Position numbers and translations under genes: made by a program
The notes under the pieces: generated by a model
Seen by the model: the letters and a program-made list of their open reading frames with translations, nothing else
Database searches by the model: none
Told to the model about the DNA's origin: nothing
Shown here: one piece after another, positions 54,974 to 64,000 of the stretch
Position numbering within the stretch: position 1 is the stretch's first letter
How the letters are laid out: each line of letters starts with the position of its first letter
Assembly (NCBI GenBank): GCA_035533255.1
Contig: DATLUE010000028.1
Coordinates: 59 to 64,058, forward strand
Reading direction: 5' to 3'
Length of the DNA stretch: 64,000 nt
From: Stellaceae bacterium
Lineage (GTDB): Bacteria; Pseudomonadota; Alphaproteobacteria; ATCC43930; CGMCC-115725

Positions 54974-55026
54974 TTAGCGATTCACCCCGGTTTCGGCAAG
55001 CGACCCCGGCCGCTGCCGCGCGGGCT

Positions 55027-55521
55027 TCAGCCATTGATCAGCCGCAGGCCATAGGTCGATCGGGCGCCGATTGCCGGATCGACAACGCTTAGGATGAAGG
55101 TGTCGCCGTAGCATCGCTGGGTGTTCTGCTCGCGGCAGGCAAGGTAGGGCAGCGTGTCGATCTGGACGTAGTCCACATCGCCCGCCCCGACGACGACGGT
55201 CTTGAACTGGTCGGGATAGGGGAGGGTCGGCGAGACGCTGAGATCGTAGCGGCCGGGCGTGACGTCGCGATAGAGTACCGCGCCGTTCTGCGTGATGCCG
55301 GCCGGCGCGCCGTTCAGATAAACCGCCGGCATTGCCTGCGTGCCGTAATAATCGAGGCTGCGATAGAAGACGAGACGCGCGGTGCCGGGCGGCGGCGGCG
55401 GCAGCCGACCCGTCAGCGCCTCGCCCGGTGGCACCGCCGACACGCAGCCGGCCAGCAACAGCAGCGCACCGGCAAGCAGCGCGCGGGCGCTGTGGAAGAG
55501 GCGTGGTGGCGCAACGATCAT
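55027..55521 (-). CDS. hypothetical lipoprotein
   Basis: 164 aa. Lipobox LLLLAGC, then a beta-rich domain. Confidence 0.62.
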   Translation of the reverse strand: MIVAPPRLFHSARALLAGALLLLAGCVSAVPPGEALTGRLPPPPPGTARLVFYRSLDYYGTQAMPAVYLNGAPAGITQNGAVLYRDVTPGRYDLSVSPTLPYPDQFKTVVVGAGDVDYVQIDTLPYLACREQNTQRCYGDTFILSVVDPAIGARSTYGLRLING

Positions 55522-55628
55522 GGCGGCTCCCGAAGCCAGGCTGGGCGAGGCTCGCTCGCGCGGGTTCGACCTACTATAAACGCTTTCTCGACGCCCGGGT
55601 TCATCGCGAAATCGGGGCAGGGAGGACG

Positions 55629-57272
55629 ATGTTCGGGCTCATCCAGGATCGGCCTTTGCTGATCTCGTCGCTGATCGCGCATGCCGCTCGGCATCATGGC
55701 GCGACCGAGATCGTCAGCCGCGATGGCGAAAGCCCGCTTCATCGCTACACCATTCGCGACGCGCATGCCCGCGCGCGCCAGCTCGCCAAAGCGCTCGCGC
55801 GGCTCGGCATCGCTTCGGGCGATCGGGTCGCAACGCTCGCCTGGAATAGTCACCGCCATCTCGAATTCTATTACGCGGTCTCAGGGCTCGGGGCGATCTG
55901 CCACACCGTCAACCCGCGACTCTTCCACGACCAGATCGTCTACATCGTCAACCACGCCGAAGATAAAGCGGTGTTCTTCGATCTTGCGTGTCGCGAGGTC
56001 GTCGAGCGGCTGCGGCCGCTGTGTCCGACGGTTCGGCACTGGGTCGCGATGGCCGATCGCGCGTCGCTGGCGAGCGCGGCGGCAGACACGCTGTGCTATG
56101 AGGAGCTGCTCGCCGCCGAAACCGACGATTTCGCCTGGCCGGTTTTCGACGAGCGGCTCGCTTCCTCGCTTTGCTACACCTCGGGCACGACCGGCGATCC
56201 GAAAGGCGCGCTCTACGCGCATCGCTCGACCGTGCTGCATTCCTACGGCACCGCGCTGCCCGATTGCCTCAATCTTTCGGCGCGCGACGTGATCTGTCCG
56301 GTGGTGCCGATGTTTCATGTCAACGCCTGGGGCCTGCCCTATTCGGCGATGCTGGTCGGGGCAAAGCTGGTGCTGCCGGGCGCGGCACTCGACGGCAAGA
56401 GCCTCTACGACCTCTTCGATGCCGAGCAGGTCACGGTCAGCGCCGGCGTGCCGACGGTGTGGTTCGGCTTGCTGCGGCATCTTGCCGAGCACCGCCTAAG
56501 GCTGTCGTCGCTGAAACGTCTGGTGATCGGCGGCTCGGCTTGCCCGCCGGCAATGATCGAGCGCTTCGAGCAGGATTACGGCGTCGAGATCCTTCATGCC
56601 TGGGGCATGACCGAGATGAGCCCGATCGGCACCTTTGCGCAGCTCAAAGGCAAGCATCGCGCCGCGGATGCCGCGGCGCTGCTTGCCCTCAAAAGCAAGC
56701 AGGGCCGCGTCATCCCCGGCGTCGATCTTAAGATCGTCGACGGCGCGGGCAACGAGCTGCCGTGGGACGGCACGAGCTTCGGCGATCTTCTGGTGCGCGG
56801 CTGGTGGGTCGCGGCCGGCTATTACCGGGCCGAAGGCGGATCGCCGCTGCGCGACGGCTGGTTTCCCACCGGCGATGTCGCGACCATCGATGCCGACGGT
56901 TACCTGCAGATCACCGATCGCTCGAAGGATGTGATCAAGAGCGGCGGCGAATGGATCAGCTCGATCGAGCTCGAGAACATCGCGGTCGCCCATCCCGCGG
57001 TCGCCGAAGCGGCGGTGGTCGGCGTTCCGCATCCCAAATGGGGCGAGCGGCCGCTTTTGGTTGTGCAGCTCAAGCCCGGCCACGCCGTCGAGCGCGACGC
57101 GCTTTTGGGTTTCTATCGCGGCAGGACGGCGGCGTGGCGGATCCCCAGCGATGTGGTCCTGGTCGATGCGCTGCCGCACACCGCGACCGGCAAGCTGCTC
57201 AAGGCCGAGCTGCGCCGTCGCTATGCGGACTACCGGCTGCCCGACGTCCCCGAGACTTGCCGCGAGACCTGA
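55629..57272 (+). CDS. long-chain fatty-acid--CoA ligase (AMP-binding family)
   Basis: 547 aa from ATG 55629 (GGAGG upstream). [18 protein letters not shown] and SGGEWISS motifs. Confidence 0.92.
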   Translation: MFGLIQDRPLLISSLIAHAARHHGATEIVSRDGESPLHRYTIRDAHARARQLAKALARLGIASGDRVATLAWNSHRHLEFYYAVSGLGAICHTVNPRLFHDQIVYIVNHAEDKAVFFDLACREVVERLRPLCPTVRHWVAMADRASLASAAADTLCYEELLAAETDDFAWPVFDERLASSLCYTSGTTGDPKGALYAHRSTVLHSYGTALPDCLNLSARDVICPVVPMFHVNAWGLPYSAMLVGAKLVLPGAALDGKSLYDLFDAEQVTVSAGVPTVWFGLLRHLAEHRLRLSSLKRLVIGGSACPPAMIERFEQDYGVEILHAWGMTEMSPIGTFAQLKGKHRAADAAALLALKSKQGRVIPGVDLKIVDGAGNELPWDGTSFGDLLVRGWWVAAGYYRAEGGSPLRDGWFPTGDVATIDADGYLQITDRSKDVIKSGGEWISSIELENIAVAHPAVAEAAVVGVPHPKWGERPLLVVQLKPGHAVERDALLGFYRGRTAAWRIPSDVVLVDALPHTATGKLLKAELRRRYADYRLPDVPETCRET

Positions 57273-58573
57273 AAGCGCTTGTCGAGATCGGCGAGCGCGA
57301 CTTTGAGCTGGTAATCCTTGGCGGTGCCGATCGCCGCCGCCTCGATCAGGGTCTCGGTCTTGACCGGCGGCTGAACCGCGGCCGCGGCGGTCTTGGCCTT
57401 GGCGCCGGTATCGAGCGCGCCCGGCAGATCGGCCTCGCGCACTAGATCGACCTCGGCGGATTCTTTGCCCTTGGGCTGCTCGACGACCTGGTCGGGGGTG
57501 ATGCCCTGGCCCTGGATCGAGCGGCCGCTCGGCGTGTAGTAGCGCGCCGTGGTCAGGCGCAGCGCGCCATGCCCGTCGAGCGGGATGATCGTCTGCACCG
57601 AGCCCTTGCCGAAGCTTTGCGTGCCGAGAATCTCAGCGCGATGACGGTCCTGCAGCGCCCCGGCGACGATCTCGGCGGCCGAGGCCGAGGCGCCGTTGAC
57701 CAGCACCACCATCGGCACGCCGGGCAGGCGGTCGCCGCTCGACGGCGCCGGGAAGATGCGGTTGTCATCCGGCGAGCGGCCGCGGATCGAGACCGTGGTG
57801 CCGCCATCGAGAAAATCGCCCGAGACCAGGACCGCCTGGTCGAGCAGCCCGCCCGGATTGTTGCGCAGATCGAGCACCAGGCCTTTGAGCCGGCCGTGGT
57901 CCTTCGCCTTGAGGTCGTCGATCGCCTTGGCGACCTCGCGCTGCGTGGTCTCGGCAAAGCTGGTGATGCGGATATAGCCGACGCCGTCCGGCTCCAGCGC
58001 CGATTTGACCGAATCGACATGGATGATGGCGCGCGTGAGGGACACGGTGATCGGCTCGACATTCTTGCGCCCGAGCGTGATCTGGACCTTGCTGTCGGCG
58101 GGACCGCGCAGCGCGTCGACCACGTCCTTGAGGCTCATGCCGTCGGTCACGCGCCCGTCGATGCGCAGGATGATGTCGCCCGGCCTGATCCCGGCGCGCG
58201 CGGCGGGCGTGTCGTCGATCGGCGACAGCACCACCGGATGGTTGTCGCTTTGCGTGAGCTCGGCGCCGATGCCGGCGAACTCCCCGGCACTGTCGTCCAG
58301 CATGTCCTGGTATTCGCGCTCGTTCATGAAATCGGAATGCGGATCGAGGCCCGTGAGCATGCCTTTCAGCGAATTGTCGATCAGCGTGCTGTCTTTCACC
58401 GGATCGACATAGCTGGCATGGACCTTGTCGAGGACCGCGCGATAAAGCGCGAGGTCGGCGGGATTCGGGCCGGCTGCCGCGGCGCCCGGCCCGGTCGGCG
58501 TCGCGGCATTGCAGCCGGCGAGCGCGAGGGTCAACAGAACCAGAAACCAGCGGGAGCGGGGGGTGCGGATCAT
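57230..58573 (-). CDS. ctpA: carboxy-terminal processing protease (S41)
   Basis: 447 aa from MIRTPRSRWF. Lipobox-like LALAGC, a PDZ segment, DLRNNPGG and SASAAEI..GTQSFGKGSVQ. Confidence 0.92.
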   Translation of the reverse strand: MIRTPRSRWFLVLLTLALAGCNAATPTGPGAAAAGPNPADLALYRAVLDKVHASYVDPVKDSTLIDNSLKGMLTGLDPHSDFMNEREYQDMLDDSAGEFAGIGAELTQSDNHPVVLSPIDDTPAARAGIRPGDIILRIDGRVTDGMSLKDVVDALRGPADSKVQITLGRKNVEPITVSLTRAIIHVDSVKSALEPDGVGYIRITSFAETTQREVAKAIDDLKAKDHGRLKGLVLDLRNNPGGLLDQAVLVSGDFLDGGTTVSIRGRSPDDNRIFPAPSSGDRLPGVPMVVLVNGASASAAEIVAGALQDRHRAEILGTQSFGKGSVQTIIPLDGHGALRLTTARYYTPSGRSIQGQGITPDQVVEQPKGKESAEVDLVREADLPGALDTGAKAKTAAAAVQPPVKTETLIEAAAIGTAKDYQLKVALADLDKRFQVSRQVSGTSGSR

Positions 58574-58672
58574 TGAAACGGCGATGCCTTCATGGTGATG
58601 GGTGCCGAACCGCCCCCGAATTCGGCACGGAACGCGCAACTATGCCGCAGAGGGTCGGGAGAGGCGAGCGCC

Positions 58673-59014
58673 TCAATGTCGCAGTTTCTCGCTCACCAGC
58701 TCGCGCACCTTGCGCTGCTCCCAATCCTGCGTGGTCCAGGGCAGCAACTCGAAGGCATGGAGCGCGTGGAGACAGATAATCAGCCCCCAACCGACCAGCG
58801 GCGCATAGAACCAGGCCGGGCCGGGCGTGGTCGAATCGATCAGGAACAGGACGAAATTGATGACCACATAGGCGGCCAGGTGGCTGTAGAAGATGCGCAG
58901 CGCGCGCGCCCGGCCCCAGGCCCATTTTTCGAACTCGGCGACCCGCGCGGCCTCGCGGACGCTCACGCCCGGATGCAGCTCCGTCGGCTCGCTTTGCTGA
59001 CCGCGTATCGCCAT
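58673..59014 (-). CDS. 2TM-domain membrane protein
   Basis: 113 aa from MAIRGQQ. Two adjacent TM helices after a basic helix (recollection of the 2TM family). Confidence 0.55.
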   Translation of the reverse strand: MAIRGQQSEPTELHPGVSVREAARVAEFEKWAWGRARALRIFYSHLAAYVVINFVLFLIDSTTPGPAWFYAPLVGWGLIICLHALHAFELLPWTTQDWEQRKVRELVSEKLRH

Positions 59015-59100
59015 GCGGCATGTCCTGTCCACGAGAGGCGCGAAGTGTAACGCGTCCCACCAGAGCGCAACAGTGAATTGTCTCGACACGGCGGGACAAG

Positions 59101-59177
59101 ATGGTCGGAGTGAGAGGATTTGAACCTCCGGCCCCCGCCTCCCGAAAGCGGTGCTCTACCAGGCTGAGCTACACTCC
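59101..59177 (-). tRNA. tRNA-Pro (anticodon CGG)
   Basis: The 77-nt reverse complement folds by hand into a cloverleaf. Acceptor CGGAGTG/CACTCCG, anticodon loop TTCGGGA, T-loop GGTTCAAATCC, encoded CCA. Confidence 0.93.
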
Positions 59178-59246
59178 GGCGCCGCGCGCGGTATAGCGGG
59201 AAACGATCGCCGCCGCAACCGGCTCGGCGACGCGGCGACCGCGCGC

Positions 59247-60269
59247 TCAGTAGCCCCGCTCGAGGCAGAAATCGATCACCTCGTCGAGCGCCTGGCGCTC
59301 CGGACCGTCGCGAAAGATGGCGAGCGCGCGGCGCGCGGCCGCGCCGTATTCGCGGGCGCGCTCCAAGGTCGCGGCCAGCGTGCCGTGACGGCGCATCAGC
59401 TCGACCGCATGGGCGAGATCGCCGTCGCGCTGCTCGCTGTCCTCGAGGGTGCGGCGCCAGAATTCGCGCTCGCGCTCGTCCGCCGCCTTGAGCGCCAGCA
59501 CCACCGGCAGGGTGAGCTTGCCGTCGCGGAAATCGTCGCCCACGGTCTTGCCGAGCTCGGATTCGAGCGCCGCGTAGTCGAGCATGTCGTCGACGAGCTG
59601 AAAGGCGATGCCGAGATTGCGGCCATAAATGTCGAGCGCGTCTTCCTCGGCGGCCGACCGTCCCGCGACCACGGCGCCGATGCGGCTCGCGGCGGCAAAG
59701 AGCTGCGCGGTCTTGGCGTTGATCACTTCGAGATAGGCGGCCTCGGTGGTCGCGACGTCGTTCGAGGTGACGAGCTGGAGCACCTCGCCCTCGGCGATCA
59801 CCGCCGAAGCGCGCGAGAGAATGGCGAGCACCGGCAGCGAGCCGTCCTCGACCATAAGCTCGAAGGCGCGGCTGAACAGAAAATCGCCGACCAGCACCGA
59901 GGCCTTGTTGCCCCAGACGGCGTTGGCGGTGGCGAGGCCGCGCCGCAGCTCGCTGTCGTCGACCACGTCGTCATGCAGCAGGGTCGCGGTGTGGATGAAC
60001 TCGACCGAGGCGGCGAGCGCGATATGGCGGTCGCCGCGATAGCCGCAGAGGCGCGATGCCGCGAGGGTCAGCATCGGGCGCAGCCGCTTGCCGCCGGCGG
60101 CGATGATGTGCCCGGCGAGCTGCGGAATGAGCGCGACCGGACTGCGCATCCGCTCGAGAATGAGCGCGTTGACGCGCTTCAGATCGTCTTGCAGCAAGGT
60201 GTTGAGCCGGTCGAGCGACGCTTTGGGGGGCGACGGAGTATGTTCTCGGGCATTGATTGCTAATGCCAC
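59247..60269 (-). CDS. ispB: polyprenyl (octaprenyl) diphosphate synthase
   Basis: LLHDDVVDD and DDMLD aspartate-rich motifs. The start is taken at GTG 60269 (GGGAAAGAGG upstream); the track ORF extends to TTG 60311. Confidence 0.87.
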   Translation of the reverse strand: MALAINAREHTPSPPKASLDRLNTLLQDDLKRVNALILERMRSPVALIPQLAGHIIAAGGKRLRPMLTLAASRLCGYRGDRHIALAASVEFIHTATLLHDDVVDDSELRRGLATANAVWGNKASVLVGDFLFSRAFELMVEDGSLPVLAILSRASAVIAEGEVLQLVTSNDVATTEAAYLEVINAKTAQLFAAASRIGAVVAGRSAAEEDALDIYGRNLGIAFQLVDDMLDYAALESELGKTVGDDFRDGKLTLPVVLALKAADEREREFWRRTLEDSEQRDGDLAHAVELMRRHGTLAATLERAREYGAAARRALAIFRDGPERQALDEVIDFCLERGY

Positions 60270-60385
60270 GTCCGCGCCTCTTTCCCTTGCTTGACGGAGC
60301 CTCGACCGCAAGCGAGCATAGAACCATCGCTTGAAGGGTCAAGCCCGCGCGGCTTCGACATGGCGCTCGTGAAGGCTGAGAGGAT

Positions 60386-60595
60386 ATGCGGGAACTGCTC
60401 CGCACCAATGATTTCGTCCGCTTGTCCTGGCTGCAGGCGATGCTTGCCTCGGCGGGCATCGAGGCCGTGGTCTTGGATGCCTATACCAGCATCATCGAGG
60501 GCAGCATCGGGGCGATCCCGCGCCGGCTGGTGGTGCATGAGGATGATGAGATGCGCGCCCGGGCGGTGCTGAAAGACGTCGGAGACGCCGCATGA
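60386..60595 (+). CDS. DUF2007-like small protein
   Basis: 69 aa. The MRELLRTNDFVRLSWLQAMLASAGIEAVVLD pattern recalls the putative signal-transducing DUF2007 fold. Confidence 0.65.
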   Translation: MRELLRTNDFVRLSWLQAMLASAGIEAVVLDAYTSIIEGSIGAIPRRLVVHEDDEMRARAVLKDVGDAA

Positions 60596-61353
60596 ATGTC
60601 GATCTGCCGACGCTGGCCACGAGCGACGATGCGCTGCTCGGCGGCAGGCTGCATCTGCGCCAGCCGGTCGACGGCTATCGCGTCGCGATCGATCCGGTGC
60701 TGCTGGCGGCCGCAGTGCCGGCGACCGCCAGTGACCGCGTGCTCGATATCGGCTGCGGCGTCGGTGCTGCCGGCCTGTGCCTTGCCGCGCGCGTGCCGGG
60801 CTGCCGTATCGTCGGGCTGGAGAAGCAATATGAGCTGGCGCGGCTCGCGGCCGACAACATCGTGCGCAATGATTTCGCCGCGCGGCTTGCGGTGGTCGCA
60901 GGCGATCTGCTGCGCCCGCCGTCATCGCTCGAGCCCGGCAGCTTCACTCAGGTGATGGCGAACCCGCCTTTCCTCGAAGCTGCTCGCGCCTCACTTTCGC
61001 CGGTCGCGGCTAAAGCGGCTGCGTCGGTCGAAGGCGAGGCGAGGCTGGTTGATTGGCTCGCCTTCGCGCTGGCGATGCTGCGCGACCAGGGCGGGCTGAC
61101 CCTCATCCACCGCGCCGACCGGCTCGGCGATATTCTCGCGGCGCTGGCGGGACGTGCGGGCGCCGTCACCGTATTCCCGCTCTGGCCGGGCGAGGGCAAG
61201 CCGGCCAAGCGCATTCTGATCCATGCCAAGAAAGGCAGCGCCGCGCCGCTGGTGCTGGCGCCCGGTCTCGTGCTGCATCGCGCCGATGGGCGCAACACCG
61301 ACGCGGCCGAGGCGATCTTGCGTCACGGCGCGTCGCTGGTGCTGGTATTGTGA
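60592..61353 (+). CDS. SAM-dependent N6-adenine methyltransferase (TrmN6/YfiC-like)
   Basis: 253 aa. VLDIGCGVGAAG (motif I) and NPPF (motif IV). Confidence 0.82.
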   Translation: MNVDLPTLATSDDALLGGRLHLRQPVDGYRVAIDPVLLAAAVPATASDRVLDIGCGVGAAGLCLAARVPGCRIVGLEKQYELARLAADNIVRNDFAARLAVVAGDLLRPPSSLEPGSFTQVMANPPFLEAARASLSPVAAKAAASVEGEARLVDWLAFALAMLRDQGGLTLIHRADRLGDILAALAGRAGAVTVFPLWPGEGKPAKRILIHAKKGSAAPLVLAPGLVLHRADGRNTDAAEAILRHGASLVLVL

Positions 61354-62204
61354 TGGCACCGCAATTCCTGCGACGCTTGCCGGTAATACGGCGTTTCGGC
61401 CCCGCCGAGCCGACGGTCGCGGTCATACGCTTCGACGGCGTCATCGGCGTGCGCGGCCGCCGCGGTCTCAGCCTCCTGCGTTATGCCGGCGCGCTCGACC
61501 GCGCGTTCAAGCTGCGCGGCCTCAAAGCCGTCGCCCTGGCGATCAACTCGCCCGGCGGCTCGCCGGCGCAATCGGCGCTGCTCTATCGCCGCATCCGCCA
61601 GCTTGCGGCCGAGCGCGCGGTGCCGGTGATCGCCTTTGCCGAGGATGTCGCCGCCTCGGGCGGCTATTGGCTCGCGCTCGCGGCCGACGAGATCTACGCC
61701 GAAGACACGTCGCTGGTCGGCTCGATCGGCGTCGTCACCGCCGGCTTCGGGTTCGTGCAGGCGATGAGCAAGCTCGGCATCGAGCGCCGCCTGTTCACCG
61801 CGGGCGACAATAAATCGCTGCTCGATCCGTTCCTGCCCGAGCGCGAGGGCGACGTGGCGCGCCTCAAGACGCTGCAGCAGGATTTGCACGATAGCTTCAA
61901 GGATCTGGTGCGCGAGCGGCGCGGCGCCAAGCTCAAGGACGACGAAGCGCTGCTGTTCAGCGGCGAGGTCTTCAGCGGCCGGCGCGCGCTCGGCATGGGG
62001 CTGGTCGACGGCATCGGCGAGCTGCGCGGCGTGGTGCGCGGCCTCTTCGGCGAGAGCGTGCGCCTGACGCCGATCGAGCCCGAGCGCCGGCGCTTTTCCT
62101 GGACGCGGCTGATGCGTCCCTTCTCCAGCGAGGCCGGCGAGATTGCCGGCGACCTGCTCGCGCGCGTCGAGGAGCGGCTCGTTTGGGCGCGGTTCGGGCT
62201 GTGA
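61353..62204 (+). CDS. S49-family peptidase (SppA-like)
   Basis: 283 aa. INSPGGS and AASGGYW motifs. The ATG overlaps the upstream stop (TGATG). Confidence 0.87.
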   Translation: MAPQFLRRLPVIRRFGPAEPTVAVIRFDGVIGVRGRRGLSLLRYAGALDRAFKLRGLKAVALAINSPGGSPAQSALLYRRIRQLAAERAVPVIAFAEDVAASGGYWLALAADEIYAEDTSLVGSIGVVTAGFGFVQAMSKLGIERRLFTAGDNKSLLDPFLPEREGDVARLKTLQQDLHDSFKDLVRERRGAKLKDDEALLFSGEVFSGRRALGMGLVDGIGELRGVVRGLFGESVRLTPIEPERRRFSWTRLMRPFSSEAGEIAGDLLARVEERLVWARFGL

Positions 62205-63037
62205 TGGGCAAGATCGTTCTCGCGATGCTGCTCGTCTTCGCCGCCGTGCCGGCGATCGCCGCCGCGCCGCCGCTGATCACCCTGCCCGACGGCACCTATC
62301 GCGCGCTGACGCCGCCGCATTGGGACGGGAAGCGCAAGCTGCCGCTGGTGCTCTACCTTCACGGCTTTCGCGAGGACAGCGCGTTTGTCATGAACCGCGC
62401 CGACCTGGTCGATGCGGTGACCGGCCTCGGCGCGTTGTTGGTCGTGCCCGACGGCATGGGGGGAGGCTGGTCGCATGTCGGCGCGCCAAGCCACAAGCGC
62501 GACGACATCGCTTTTTTGCATGCGGTGGTCGCCGATGCCGAGCGGCGCTACCCGGTCGATCGTGCGCGCGTGTTCGCGGCCGGGTTCTCGATCGGCGGCT
62601 CGATGGTCTGGGATCTGGCCTGCCACGGCGCCGAAGGCTTCACCGCCTTCCTGCCGTTCTCGGGCGATTTCTGGATGCCCTATCCAACGCGCTGCGAGAC
62701 CGGCCCGATCGATCTGCGCCACACTCATGCCGACAATGATCACACCTTCCCGATGGGCGGCCGGCCGCTGATGGGCGGCAAGTTCCATCAAGGCAATCTG
62801 CATCAGGGCATGGCGATCTTGGAGGTGACCGATGGCTGCGCGGTCGATCCCGACAAGGAAAGCCGAGAGGGCGATCTCAACTGCGAGACCTGGAGCACAT
62901 GCAGCTCGGGCAAAATCCTCGAGCTCTGCATCCATCACGGCGATCACCAGATCCAGGGCATTTGGCTGAAGCAGAGCATCGCATGGGCGCTGCAGCGCGC
63001 CGCCGCGAACGCCCTCGCCGCCAAGACCAAGGGCTGA
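62204..63037 (+). CDS. secreted alpha/beta esterase (PHB-depolymerase-family-like)
   Basis: 277 aa with a signal peptide. LYLHGF and the nucleophile elbow GFSIGG. Confidence 0.68.
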   Translation: MGKIVLAMLLVFAAVPAIAAAPPLITLPDGTYRALTPPHWDGKRKLPLVLYLHGFREDSAFVMNRADLVDAVTGLGALLVVPDGMGGGWSHVGAPSHKRDDIAFLHAVVADAERRYPVDRARVFAAGFSIGGSMVWDLACHGAEGFTAFLPFSGDFWMPYPTRCETGPIDLRHTHADNDHTFPMGGRPLMGGKFHQGNLHQGMAILEVTDGCAVDPDKESREGDLNCETWSTCSSGKILELCIHHGDHQIQGIWLKQSIAWALQRAAANALAAKTKG

Positions 63038-63043
63038 GCCGCG

Positions 63044-63313
63044 ATGTTGGGGATGAGTCTCGGCAAGCTCCTAGTGCTCGCGGCTGTCATCCTGATCGTC
63101 TGGTACGGGTTCAAATACGCGGCGCGCGTCGAGGCGGTGCGGCAGCATCTGCGCGCCGAGATGCGGCGGCGCGGCGGCGCGGCGAGCGGTGGCGCCCGGC
63201 GCGTGCCGCCGCGCCCGGTCGAGGATCTGGTCAAATGCCAGCGTTGCGGCGCTTTCGTCGCGTCGCAAGGCGCCGCCAATTGCGGCAAACCGGGTTGCCC
63301 CTGGGGCCCATGA
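63044..63313 (+). CDS. small single-TM protein with a C-terminal Cys4 motif
   Basis: 89 aa. N-terminal TM, a basic linker, then CQRC..(11 aa)..CGKPGC. Confidence 0.5.
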   Translation: MLGMSLGKLLVLAAVILIVWYGFKYAARVEAVRQHLRAEMRRRGGAASGGARRVPPRPVEDLVKCQRCGAFVASQGAANCGKPGCPWGP

Positions 63314-63480
63314 CGGAATTCGAGGCGCTTGCGGCGTGGCGCGATTTCTTCGTCGTGATGGGGGCGGCCGCGGGCAAATTGCTCGACGCGAATCGTCCGC
63401 GAATCGCCGCGCTCGCTTGACCCTCTCCGAGTCGATCCTTATGGTGCGCCGCAATCTCAACCGATTGCGGATGGCTTGAT

Positions 63481-64000
63481 TTGGCGAGCGCTTCGACGAG
63501 CAGCAGCTTCCAGGCGCTCATCCTCAAGCTGCAAACCTTCTGGGCCGATCAAGGTTGCGTCATCCTCCAACCCTATGATGTCGAGATGGGTGCCGGGACG
63601 TTCCACCCGGCGACGACCTTGCGCGCGCTGGGCCCGCGGCCCTGGAAAGCCGCCTATGTCCAGCCCTCGCGTCGTCCGACCGACGGCCGCTACGGCGAGA
63701 ATCCCAACCGGCTGCAGCATTACTATCAGTTCCAGGTAATCCTGAAGCCCGCGCCCGTCGACAGCCAGGCGCTGTACCTGAAAAGCCTCGACGCGCTCGG
63801 CATCGACATGAAGCGCCACGACATCCGCTTCGTCGAGGACGATTGGGAAAGCCCGACCTTGGGCGCCTGGGGGCTCGGCTGGGAGGTCTGGCTCGACGGC
63901 ATGGAGGTGACGCAGTTTACCTATTTCCAGCAAGTCGGCGGCATCGAATGCGACCCGGTCTCGACCGAGCTGACCTATGGGCTTGAGCGCTTGGCGATGT
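63481..64000 (+). CDS. glyQ: glycine--tRNA ligase alpha subunit, 3'-truncated by window edge
   Basis: [67 protein letters not shown] is near-invariant GlyQ sequence. TTG 63481 is taken as the start. Confidence 0.93.
   Translation, partial: MASASTSSSFQALILKLQTFWADQGCVILQPYDVEMGAGTFHPATTLRALGPRPWKAAYVQPSRRPTDGRYGENPNRLQHYYQFQVILKPAPVDSQALYLKSLDALGIDMKRHDIRFVEDDWESPTLGAWGLGWEVWLDGMEVTQFTYFQQVGGIECDPVSTELTYGLERLAM

Noticed and set aside
57230-57272. Convergent 3'-end overlaps: acyl-CoA ligase/ctpA by 43 nt, and gmk/rsmA by 26 nt at 6658-6683.
   Set aside because: Short convergent overlaps with non-conserved C-terminal tails are common in compact high-G+C genomes. They are not evidence of anything unusual.
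63310-63420. A 36-aa ORF (MTEFEALAAWRDFFVVMGAAAGKLLDANRPRIAALA) that overlaps the preceding stop by ATGA.
   Set aside because: It is too short, and it has no recognisable motif or SD. It was kept out of the feature list.

Overview
About 64 kb of high-G+C DNA (by eye about two-thirds G+C, not computed). Gene content and order look like an alphaproteobacterial chromosome; this is inferred from protein motifs and synteny, since no database search was possible. Most of the window is housekeeping: fabD-fabG-acpP-fabF-mltG, a YicC-family gene and gmk, the envelope clusters rsmA-pdxA-surA-lptD and lptG-lptF, pepA-holC-ndk, purM-purN, mepA, an OmpA-family protein, ctpA, tRNA-Pro(CGG), ispB and glyQ (cut by the window end). 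Transport and catabolic genes are interspersed (MFS, ABC, FAH, HpcH aldolase, enoyl-CoA hydratase, GST, acyl-CoA ligase).

Five accessory items stand out:
1. A 2705-bp IS1-family-like transposon (49015-51719) has perfect 17-bp terminal inverted repeats and an 8-bp target duplication. It carries four non-transposase cargo ORFs and a third, internal copy of the end repeat. It sits 8 bp upstream of the promoter of a higBA toxin-antitoxin pair, in a low-G+C island between two convergent core genes.
2. Three genes (rsmA, holC and an ABC substrate-binding protein) have a conserved N-terminus or signal peptide upstream of any ATG/GTG/TTG. Each has an in-frame CTG at the expected start; two of the three also have a strong Shine-Dalgarno.
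3. Two translationally coupled large polytopic membrane proteins are inserted into the conserved lptFG / pepA-holC junction.
4. Two lower-G+C orphan genes: a 302-aa two-TM protein and a DUF429-like fusion protein.
5. A roughly 150-nt multi-hairpin element lies downstream of a PAS histidine kinase.

No CRISPR array, rRNA or prophage was seen. Many long ORFs in the supplied track are alternative-frame shadow ORFs typical of high-G+C DNA and were not called.
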